The notes beneath the pieces are model-generated. The model ran no database searches. It had not been told where the DNA came from and worked only from the letters and a program-made list of their open reading frames with translations. Positions 38,759 through 46,878 of a DNA stretch of 64,000 nucleotides are shown here, one piece after another. The translations under genes were made by a program, and so were the position numbers. Position 1 is the first letter of the stretch; each line of letters starts with the position of its first letter. This stretch comes from Pelistega sp. (lineage in GTDB: Bacteria > Pseudomonadota > Gammaproteobacteria > Burkholderiales > Burkholderiaceae_B): the NCBI GenBank assembly GCA_030538255.1, contig JAUNUI010000012.1, positions 17,490 through 81,489 on the forward strand, in the 5' to 3' direction.

Positions 38759-40924
38759 CTAACGTTCACGCGAGATTCGCACCTCAGCACCGCGACGCTT
38801 CACCTCAAGCCCTTCGGATTGCAGAATACGTAGACCTTCAAGGCCCTTAATATAGCTCGAGCCTTGCATCTGCATCACGCGAATTTTATTACGCATCACC
38901 ACAGGATTATGCTCTGGCATACCAAACATCCACACTTCATCCAAGATTCGTGCAGAATTAAAGTCATTCAAACTCAAAATCTCAGGGCCCAAACTAAGAA
39001 TATGACCTTCACGTCCAAATACAGGGATACTATGATTGTCGCAGTGATATTGAATCAGCTGACCACCCTCATAACGGGTGCTGGTATGTACGTCCCACCA
39101 AGCATCCCCCTCGGGCAGGTAGACCAAGGCCTCATCGCTCTCATCCAGAATTGGCGCCACCAATAACGATGGACCAAACATAAATTGCAATTCATAGTCA
39201 TGGGCGGCCTTATCCTTAGGAAAGGCCAATGGCATCATGCGCTGCACAGGTAGACCTGTACGCGTTGCATCCTCAATAATTCCTAAGACATACGGAATAA
39301 GGCGATAACGTAAGGTCATTAAGTTTTTAATCTTCTCTTGAGTCGCCTGATCAAACACAGTCGGTAAGCCTTGCGTATCAGCAGGCAAGATAAAACCTAA
39401 ACTAAATACGGCTAGACTCAAGGCGCGCAAATACAGATTTGGATCCTTAATATCGGCCCGTAATTCATGCATCTGTCCGACGATACCCGAAGCTTGCGCA
39501 CTTAATTGATGGCGCAATAATTGCTGCAAGCCTGCATAAGACTGCTCACACGCCTGCTTAATAAAAGGCGTGCGTTGTGCACTTAAGGAGAAGCTTGCAC
39601 GCAAAACCAGACCTTCAGTTGGCGTACGACCATAAGATGAGGCGGCAAATAATGACTGCTCTAATAATAGCGCATACAGCTGACGCAGCATGGCACCCGT
39701 CTCTTCTTGACGCGCATAGACACCATCAGGAATCTCAATTGGCATGACAATGCTTAAAGCAGTTTCGGTTTCTTCTAAAAGTTGCTCATGACGCTCTTGC
39801 CATAAGCGGTACGCATCACGATAACTTAAATCCAATAAACCGTATTGTTCTTTCTGGTGCTTGAAGACAAACGCCTTGCCCGACTCCTCAGTTAACAACC
39901 ACCCCCTATCTTCCAATTCCTCAAACAAGGGAGTACCCGCTATCACACCAGGGAAGGTTGGCAAGCAATAATGACGGCCCCCCTTAAGATAATCATTCAC
40001 AAAGCGGCGGCTATCGCCCAAGCGCTGCTCGTCCAAATCAAGGGACAATTTATCATGCTGAAAAGGCACTAAGGATGGCCCAGCAAACGACCAAGTATCT
40101 ACAGGGTAGCCTGCTTGGATCAATTGTTCACTCAGTGCCGCAAGCTCATCAATACTTTGCGCTTCTTGCTGTTGCAACCATACGCCCATCGCCTTCAATG
40201 GCGGCTGACCTGCACGACCACGCAATGCACTGTATTGATTAGCGATTTCGCTAGGGTCACCAATAAAGATAAATAAGTCTAAGACTGAGTCTTCAAACTG
40301 TATTCGATAACTATCGGGATCTTCGCTGGCAATATGATGACTAACACGGTTCAGGCTATTCGCATACAGCCCCCAACCTTGCAGACTCCAAGCCAATGGC
40401 AAGTAAGCGAACTGACTGAGATCTGAGACCAGCATCTGACCGCGACGATTAAAGCCACCATCGGTACGACCAAGGCCATATATCGTCTCATCAGCCGCCA
40501 GTTGCCATATGATAGACCAAGCGTTGCTCTGCTCATCCGCATCGTGCTGCGTGGCTAAGCTTGCATCAAAATCTTGTGCCGTCTGCAAAATCAAGCGCTC
40601 ATCGTGATAAAAGGCCAGGCGAAAGGGATTGCTCTGAATATGCAATACAATATTGCCAGCATTGCCTTGTTTCAAGCGCCAACCATCGTCCACAGCCTCA
40701 CACTCGAACTCACCACTGATTTCAGTGCGAGCTAACAAAAGGTCGGCTCGTTGTTGAGCGCGCAGACTTAACTGGGCATCATCCAATTTCTTGGGCAAAC
40801 CACAGCGTAAACGATATACGCCATTCGCATGCGCCTCAATACGCAATATATTACCTTGCTCAGTATGAAACTCACAGTAAGATGCCGTTGACTTGTGTAG
40901 TGCTAAATTATTGATATGAATCAC
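38759..40924 (-). CDS. glycoside hydrolase family 31-fold protein, apparently lacking the catalytic aspartates
   Basis: GH31-like blocks: ETIYGLGRT, LDLFIFIGDPSEIANQYSALRGRAGQPPLKAMGVW, RYRLIPYVLG, LQFMFGPSLLVAPI...VYLPEGDAWWDV. The positions I align to the nucleophile and acid/base motifs read SIVMPIEIP and FIKQAC. GTG start, no signal peptide. Confidence 0.65.
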   Translation of the reverse strand: MIHINNLALHKSTASYCEFHTEQGNILRIEAHANGVYRLRCGLPKKLDDAQLSLRAQQRADLLLARTEISGEFECEAVDDGWRLKQGNAGNIVLHIQSNPFRLAFYHDERLILQTAQDFDASLATQHDADEQSNAWSIIWQLAADETIYGLGRTDGGFNRRGQMLVSDLSQFAYLPLAWSLQGWGLYANSLNRVSHHIASEDPDSYRIQFEDSVLDLFIFIGDPSEIANQYSALRGRAGQPPLKAMGVWLQQQEAQSIDELAALSEQLIQAGYPVDTWSFAGPSLVPFQHDKLSLDLDEQRLGDSRRFVNDYLKGGRHYCLPTFPGVIAGTPLFEELEDRGWLLTEESGKAFVFKHQKEQYGLLDLSYRDAYRLWQERHEQLLEETETALSIVMPIEIPDGVYARQEETGAMLRQLYALLLEQSLFAASSYGRTPTEGLVLRASFSLSAQRTPFIKQACEQSYAGLQQLLRHQLSAQASGIVGQMHELRADIKDPNLYLRALSLAVFSLGFILPADTQGLPTVFDQATQEKIKNLMTLRYRLIPYVLGIIEDATRTGLPVQRMMPLAFPKDKAAHDYELQFMFGPSLLVAPILDESDEALVYLPEGDAWWDVHTSTRYEGGQLIQYHCDNHSIPVFGREGHILSLGPEILSLNDFNSARILDEVWMFGMPEHNPVVMRNKIRVMQMQGSSYIKGLEGLRILQSEGLEVKRRGAEVRISRER

Positions 40925-41424
40925 GTTGACCCGTTAATCGTCGTAAAGTGGACGGACATTAAAAATCCTAAACCCCTATTCTGACCGATTTCGCACAAAA
41001 TTTAAATCAATTTAGTGAATTTTAGATAAATAAATGCATCCAAGGACTTGTTTTATAAGTTCTTTTTAAATTCTAAGCATCTATAATGATTCTTATATCG
41101 CTTTTTCCCACTTTATCTGTTCATGACTAAAACCACACTCACGCATACCAGTAAGTGAAGAATTCAGTCGATTCATTAATCCTAGTGAGAAATAGATTTT
41201 TTCTAACAATCAGAGAAAAAATATAATCTAAGTAAAAATAATAAATGCTATAGAAAGAAACTCTCGCATGCGCATCAAGTAGAACCATTCTAGCGCCAAT
41301 CCGTAACGGTATGATTATCTTAATCATCTGCTTAGATACCTACTTAGTCACCCCCTCCAAAGCCCATATTCCTTATATTTTTTGCGCCAAGTTCCCCTTA
41401 CCTGTGCATTACCTGCACTTTTCC

Positions 41425-41516
41425 TTATCTCGGCAGAATGGCCTGTCTATCTCGGCAGAATGGTCTAATTATCGCGGCAGAATCGCCTGCCATAGATCAC
41501 GCTCAGAATGATCTAA
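41425..41516 (-). repeat. three downstream re-copies (22, 22 and 48 nt) of the mnmC 3' end, each ending in a stop codon
   Basis: Plus-strand units: ttatctcggcagaatggcctgt, ctatctcggcagaatggtctaa, and ttatcgcggcagaatcgcctgccatagatcacgctcagaatgatctaa. The last is identical over 37 nt to the true tail at 41517-41553. Each decodes as ILPR-stop. Confidence 0.95.
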
Positions 41517-43943
41517 TTATCGCGGCAGAATCGCCTGCCATAGATCACGCTCAATCGGCAGCGGCTCCCCTTCTAAGTAGGCAGCAATCACGTCTCCTGC
41601 CAAGCTACTCCAGGTCAGACCATGCGAGGCATAGGCACAGGCCAAGAAAATCCCAGGAGCATGCGCTAATGGACCAATCACTGGCATACGACCTTGTACC
41701 ACGGCGCGACTACCCGCCCAACCACCAAGTTGGCCTTGCGCCCTTAAACGAGGCAAATCCAAACCGAGATCCAAGGGTAACTTTCGCAGAATAGCCTCTT
41801 GACCTTCTTCACTTACCTGTGGATTGACTTGATTATGGATATACGTGCCGCCCATGACACAATAATTTTCAAAAGACGGCAGCAAATAGCCTTGACCCGC
41901 GACAATACATTGTGGCCCCCCTCCTACTAAATCAGCAGGTACATGCATGGCTTCACCTCCCATAGGATGCAAGGTATCGAATCGACTTATAGCATTCACC
42001 ACTTGACCTGATTTTAAGGTTTTAAGATCTAAATGACTCCGCCGCAAAAGCTCCGCGGTGTTCAGTGCTGTCGCTAAAATCACTTGTGAACTGCGAGCTA
42101 TTTCAAGTCCACTGCTCGACATAATAGCGCACTGTGTTAGCGGATCATTCGCTGACTGCGGGTCATTCCTTATTAAGCGCAGGCTGTCAACTTCATCACA
42201 AACCAACTCAATCAAGGGATGCGATAAGAGCTTATGTATCAGTCGTAGCGGTGATATCTGCATACCATAGGGGAAAAAGGCACCGTGCTGCTCCAATGAC
42301 AAGCCTGAAAGTGTTGAGGCCTCTTGTGCACTCACCAGACGTACCCATTCTTTAGGGAAATTTAATGCTTGAACCGCCTCGAGAATGTCTTTAGCATGCC
42401 CCTTATCGCGGTTTAGCTCAAGTGTGCCACATGGATTAATGCCCGCTTCTTCACCCCAAGCTTTCCAGCGCGCATGAGCACGTAATGTACCTGCACGACT
42501 TAAGCGTGCTTTATGACTATCATCGGCCGTAATTAGCGGTGTTAAGGCAGCTGATAGCCTACCCGAATGACTAAGCGCTTGCTGATTGGTAAACTGCGTA
42601 TCAATCACCTTAACCGGCCAACCACGCAAGGCCAAGGCATAAGCAATCCCAGCTCCCGCTAAACCTGCTCCAATAACACAAGCCTCACGTGCATGCTGTG
42701 CCGCGACCTGAATAGCCGGTCGCTTACTTTGCCCTTGTAGAAGGAGCGCAGCAGCAATACCTATGCATTTATCACTATCATGCGATGATGCATCTACTGG
42801 CTCCGTAGACTGGTATTGCCTGCGGGTTAAGGAGCAACTTCCATGCTCCTGATTGGGGGGTACATGTAATGATTCAGTAGACTTATACTGTGGCTGCTTA
42901 TACTGTGACTGCTTATACTGTGGCTGATCAGAGTCACGACCAGTAGGTATCTCATGCCATTGTGTATGGAGTTGCCCTCCTAGCTCATGCAGCACATGAG
43001 CTTCATCTGCCGCCACTATCGCCCAAACCTTAGGCTGGCTTAAGCGTAAGATATCACGCCAGCGCTGCTGCTGAGCTTGGGCATCGACATATTGCTTTGC
43101 GAGACCGTCAAGATGCAACACCACACCATCAATATTCGCCATCACTTGGCGCCATGAATGTTGCGAACCATATAAGAGGCTAAGTGTAAATCGTCCCTCA
43201 GCCAGTTCTAAGCGATGCATACCTGGTAATAATAAGGGCCACTGTGAAGCCAAGTCCTGCAGCTCCTTACAATCGGGAGCTAAAGTTTGAAATAAAAGCT
43301 GGGCGTCTTCGGCTGCTAAAGGATAAGATTCGACGACCACGAGATGCATAGCAGGACGCTGCCCCATTGCAGTGAGACTTGTCCTAGCTGCCATGCTAGG
43401 TACTGTCGAGTCACGTGTTGCTCCAGGCACATGCCCCTGCCCTGTCGCCTCTTGGCTAGTCCTAGACGTGGCCGCTATGTGTCCTGTCTTCTCTTGATTT
43501 ATCGTAGGCGCAGTCGCTTTGTGCCACGCTTGCCACAAGCGATATAAGGCAATAATCGGTGCCACGCCCATGCCACTATCTATTGCAATACTGACATTGC
43601 TTGTAGCAAGATGCCCTGCTTGATTAGCCCCAACTTGAATTAGTTCTACCAGATTAGATTCAACTTTATTGGATTCAACATGCTTTGCCTCAACTTGATT
43701 AGCCCCAACTTGAATTAACTCAACTTGATTTTGTGCTTGCAGCGTTAGGCTACCATACCAACACTGCTCAGGGCTGTGGATGGAGTAATGCTCAGCATGT
43801 AGTTCTAAAGTAGAAGCTTGAATCAATTCTTTATCCTTAATTGGTGTACTGCAACGTTGATTTAACCACGGCATTATCTTAGGGCTCTTATGCTGCTTGC
43901 CCTCAAGCATCACCCTGACATTCGCGCTACTAAGCCTAAGCAC
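41517..43943 (-). CDS. mnmC: bifunctional tRNA mnm5s2U biosynthesis protein MnmC (methyltransferase-like N-domain plus FAD oxidoreductase), expanded to 808 aa
   Basis: C-terminal DAO domain CVIGAGLAGAGIAYALALRG... The N-domain is colinear with the MnmC MT domain (DSGMGVAP.., WPLLLPGMHRLELAEGRFTLSLLYG, HLDGLA). Several low-complexity or repeat insertions are present. The start is uncertain (GTG at 43943 or internal Met codons). Confidence 0.75.
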   Translation of the reverse strand: MLRLSSANVRVMLEGKQHKSPKIMPWLNQRCSTPIKDKELIQASTLELHAEHYSIHSPEQCWYGSLTLQAQNQVELIQVGANQVEAKHVESNKVESNLVELIQVGANQAGHLATSNVSIAIDSGMGVAPIIALYRLWQAWHKATAPTINQEKTGHIAATSRTSQEATGQGHVPGATRDSTVPSMAARTSLTAMGQRPAMHLVVVESYPLAAEDAQLLFQTLAPDCKELQDLASQWPLLLPGMHRLELAEGRFTLSLLYGSQHSWRQVMANIDGVVLHLDGLAKQYVDAQAQQQRWRDILRLSQPKVWAIVAADEAHVLHELGGQLHTQWHEIPTGRDSDQPQYKQSQYKQPQYKSTESLHVPPNQEHGSCSLTRRQYQSTEPVDASSHDSDKCIGIAAALLLQGQSKRPAIQVAAQHAREACVIGAGLAGAGIAYALALRGWPVKVIDTQFTNQQALSHSGRLSAALTPLITADDSHKARLSRAGTLRAHARWKAWGEEAGINPCGTLELNRDKGHAKDILEAVQALNFPKEWVRLVSAQEASTLSGLSLEQHGAFFPYGMQISPLRLIHKLLSHPLIELVCDEVDSLRLIRNDPQSANDPLTQCAIMSSSGLEIARSSQVILATALNTAELLRRSHLDLKTLKSGQVVNAISRFDTLHPMGGEAMHVPADLVGGGPQCIVAGQGYLLPSFENYCVMGGTYIHNQVNPQVSEEGQEAILRKLPLDLGLDLPRLRAQGQLGGWAGSRAVVQGRMPVIGPLAHAPGIFLACAYASHGLTWSSLAGDVIAAYLEGEPLPIERDLWQAILPR
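42882..42926 (-). repeat. in-frame 15-nt x3 tandem repeat inside mnmC
   Basis: cttatactgtggctg / cttatactgtgactg / cttatactgtggctg, encoding QPQYK QSQYK QPQYK. Confidence 0.95.
43623..43727 (-). repeat. in-frame 15-nt x7 tandem repeat inside the mnmC N-terminal region
   Basis: Units such as attagccccaacttg occur twice exactly, 75 nt apart. The tract encodes the pentapeptide array NQVEL IQVGA NQVEA KHVES NKVES NLVEL IQVGA. Confidence 0.9.
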
Positions 43944-44171
43944 AGTTCTTGATAAGATGAAGGTTTTTATCTGATCAAGGTGTTTTTTTCAAAATCACGA
44001 TACTCATGATGTGACGCCAAGGCAATCTTCACATTATGACAAATAGTTTACGCTCAGGCTGTATTAACGCCATTCTTAACTCTAGGTGTATAATGCTCAG
44101 GGAATAAAAAATTTCCACCTAAAATCACGCAATAAGGGTAAATTTATAGCGCACTCATCTAAGGGATTGGT

Positions 44172-45020
44172 ATGCCTACAACAGATTATCTAGACTTTCA
44201 TAAGGCGCTTAATGCTGCAACGCATGCCGCGCACAGTGCCGCCAGTATCTTAATGATGTATGCCAATAATCGCGCGGATTTAATTATAGACCGTAAGTGT
44301 CGTAATGACTTAGTTTCACAGGCAGATCGTGAGGCTGAGCAAGCCATTGTCAGCGTCTTACGTGAGCTTACGCCTGAGTTTGGTATTGTAGCTGAGGAAA
44401 GCGGTGGTCAGACAAGTGGGCAAGCAACATGGTATATCGACCCACTCGATGGCACAACGAATTTCTTGCATGGTATCCCACACTTTGCTGTTTCCATTGG
44501 CTTAGTAGCCCATACAGGTACGGTATTAAGTACGGGAACCCCTGCTTTGGAACATGATACGCCTGTTGTCTCAGTCGTCTTTGATCCGAGCCGCCAAGAG
44601 ATGTTTACCGCCGTCTATCAAGATGGCTGTTGGCTCAATGGTCAACGAATTGAATGCACACAGACTGATAGCTTTGCCGATGCTTTATTAGCCACTGGCT
44701 TACCATTTCGCGATTTCTCTTTTGCTGATCAATATATGCCTAGCTTAAATACGGCGATTCATGAAACGCGAGGCGTGCGACGCTTTGGTTCGGCGGCCCT
44801 TGATTTGGCTTGGGTAGCTTGTGGTCGCTACGATGGCTACTGGGAAATGGGACTAGCGCCTTGGGATGTCGCAGCTGGCACTTTATTAGTACGTGAGGCA
44901 GGTGGTATTGTAGAGGATATTTATGCGCAGCATGCGTGGCCTATAACGGGCAACTTATATGCATCCAATCAATTTATCGCTGTTGATTTAGCGGGGATGA
45001 TTCAAGCTCATCTTCGCTAA
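44172..45020 (+). CDS. suhB: inositol monophosphatase family protein (SuhB-like)
   Basis: ...EESG...WYIDPLDGTTNF...WDVAAG motifs. Confidence 0.85.
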   Translation: MPTTDYLDFHKALNAATHAAHSAASILMMYANNRADLIIDRKCRNDLVSQADREAEQAIVSVLRELTPEFGIVAEESGGQTSGQATWYIDPLDGTTNFLHGIPHFAVSIGLVAHTGTVLSTGTPALEHDTPVVSVVFDPSRQEMFTAVYQDGCWLNGQRIECTQTDSFADALLATGLPFRDFSFADQYMPSLNTAIHETRGVRRFGSAALDLAWVACGRYDGYWEMGLAPWDVAAGTLLVREAGGIVEDIYAQHAWPITGNLYASNQFIAVDLAGMIQAHLR

Positions 45021-45160
45021 TTTGACACTTAATATATTTTGTTAACGATGCAGCAAAGCGTAGACGCAATTGATCGAACACAATATTAGTTCTAAAGCTT
45101 ATGCGCAGAATTCGCCCTAAAGTATACACAGAATTAACCTAAAGATTTTAGCTCTTCAAT

Positions 45161-45207
45161 CCATTAGCTCCAAAAACCATTAGCTCGAAAACTATTAACT
45201 CGACAAA
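45161..45207 (+). repeat. 15-16-nt x3 (plus degenerate flanks) tandem repeat in the mgtE upstream region
   Basis: ccattagctccaaaaa / ccattagctcgaaaa / ctattaactcgacaaa. Confidence 0.85.
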
Positions 45208-45250
45208 CCATCCGCAACAACTTTAACCATAAATTAATAGACTGTTTTTT

Positions 45251-46729
45251 ATGACGACACCTGTAACTGAACAAGCACCTGAGCTCATTAAAGTTCCTAA
45301 GCGCCTTGACGCTGAGGATGCTCAGCTTGCACTTACAGAAATTAAAGAGCTGATTAAAAAACAAGAAATTGTTGAAGATTTAGTACATCGCCAGGAAAAA
45401 GGCGATGATCGCGCCACCTTAGTTGAAGGTTTAATTAAAAAGCAGCATGAAGCAGAGCTAGAAGCCTTCTTAACGCACTTACACCCAGCCGATATTGCCT
45501 TCATTCTGGAGTCTTTACCGCAGGATGAGCGGCTTTTTGTCTGGGGAGCGGTTAACTCCAAACTTGATGGTGATATTCTTCTTGAAGTCGATGATTGGGT
45601 TCGTGAAGAATTAATTGCCACCATGGATCGTGAGGATCTACTGGCGGCTACAGAGACCATGGACGCCGACGAGTTAGCGGATATTGCTGCTGACTTACCG
45701 GCCGAAATTGTTGCTGAAGTCCAAAAGGGGCTCACCGATCAAGAACGCAGTCAACTCTTAGCCGCGATGGGCTACGAGGATGGCTCTGTGGGTGCCATCA
45801 TGGACTTTGAGATGGTGCGTGTGCGTGAGGATGTCAGTCTTGAGGTCGTGTTGCGTTACTTACGTCGTCTGGATGATTTGCCTGATCATACGGACCAGCT
45901 ATTTGTGGTTGACCGCAATGATCATCTACGAGGTGTTTTGCCGATTTCTAAATTACTCATTAGTGATCCGGAAATCAATGTGAAGGAAGTAATGAAAACT
46001 GACTTCCTCTCCTTACAACCTGATGATGATGATGCTGAAGCGGCAGCAGCGTTCGAACGTTATGACTTAGTTTCTGCTCCCGTTATTGATGATGCACAAC
46101 GGCTAATTGGTCGCGTGACGATTAATGATGTGGTTGACGTGATTCGTGAAGACTCGCAAGAACAAGACCTCTCACGTGCCGGTCTTGCCGAGGAAGATAT
46201 TTTCGCCTCGGTACGCAAGGCGGTGCTGAACCGTACGCCTTGGCTGATGGTCAATCTCTGTACTGCTTCCATCGCCTCCCTCATTGCTTCACGCTTTGAA
46301 GAAACAGTGGGTCAAATTGTTATCCTTGCCTTCCTTATGTCGATTGTGGCAGGGATTGGTGGTAACTCAGGCAATCAGACCCTCACCATGATTATTCGTG
46401 GTATGGCCATGGGGCGTATTAGCTCGAAGAATACCTTGCATCTAATGCGTCGTGAAGCCACAGTGACATTTCTGGTCGGTTTAACAGGTAGTTTGATTGC
46501 CGCCTGTTTCGCATGGGTTATCTCAGGCTCGTTTAAGATTGCCTTAGTCATGGCCGTAGCGATGATTTGCAATATGTTGATTGGTGCCCTTCTGGGCGTT
46601 CTTATTCCCATCTTGCGGGATAAATTCAATAAAGACCCCGCTGTGGGTTCCTCTGTCTTGCTCACGTTCGGCACTGACTCTTTAGGCTTCTTTATTTTCT
46701 TAGGCTTGGCGAGTATTTTCTTATTGTAG
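45251..46729 (+). CDS. mgtE: magnesium transporter MgtE
   Basis: 492 aa: N-domain, tandem CBS region (...VVDRNDHLRGVLPI...VIDDAQRLIGRVTINDVVDVI) and a 5-TM MgtE channel domain (GIGGNSGNQT). Confidence 0.9.
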   Translation: MTTPVTEQAPELIKVPKRLDAEDAQLALTEIKELIKKQEIVEDLVHRQEKGDDRATLVEGLIKKQHEAELEAFLTHLHPADIAFILESLPQDERLFVWGAVNSKLDGDILLEVDDWVREELIATMDREDLLAATETMDADELADIAADLPAEIVAEVQKGLTDQERSQLLAAMGYEDGSVGAIMDFEMVRVREDVSLEVVLRYLRRLDDLPDHTDQLFVVDRNDHLRGVLPISKLLISDPEINVKEVMKTDFLSLQPDDDDAEAAAAFERYDLVSAPVIDDAQRLIGRVTINDVVDVIREDSQEQDLSRAGLAEEDIFASVRKAVLNRTPWLMVNLCTASIASLIASRFEETVGQIVILAFLMSIVAGIGGNSGNQTLTMIIRGMAMGRISSKNTLHLMRREATVTFLVGLTGSLIAACFAWVISGSFKIALVMAVAMICNMLIGALLGVLIPILRDKFNKDPAVGSSVLLTFGTDSLGFFIFLGLASIFLL

Positions 46730-46748
46730 TCGTAGTTAAAACAGTCGA

Positions 46749-46817
46749 CCACACAGCCATAAAAAACCACCAAACTTACGAAGATAAATCATAAGGATTG
46801 GTGGTTTTCGTGTGTGG
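46749..46817. terminator. long-stem hairpin between convergent mgtE and secA
   Basis: CCACACA..AAAAACCACCAA (24-nt loop) TTGGTGGTTTT..TGTGTGG. A second inverted repeat, GTGGCTTAGCGAT/ATCGCTAGCCAC, lies at about 46814-46857. Confidence 0.55.
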
Positions 46818-46878
46818 CTTAGCGATTGTGGCTTAACGAATCCACTATCGCTAGCCACTATCTCTAGCCCAGTAGCGC

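Noticed and set aside
36723-41516. Genomic island integrated at tRNA-Lys, carrying the CE4/GH31 cluster.
   Set aside because: There is no integrase, no direct repeat of the tRNA 3' end at the far boundary, and no evident compositional break by eye. The tRNA adjacency alone is not enough.
41311-41794. Plus-strand ORFs of 66 aa and 118 aa over the mnmC tail repeats.
   Set aside because: They run antisense to the well-supported mnmC CDS, or lie within its duplicated tail. Their composition is repeat-driven and they have no RBS.
45322-45735. Long antisense ORFs inside well-supported genes (e.g. 45322..45735, 47304..47774, 19684..20238, 25221..25682, 1120..1608).
   Set aside because: These are shadow ORFs opposite strongly recognisable CDSs (mgtE, secA, recQ, the permease, the cinA-like gene). 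They have biased, Ser/Arg-rich composition and no family resemblance.
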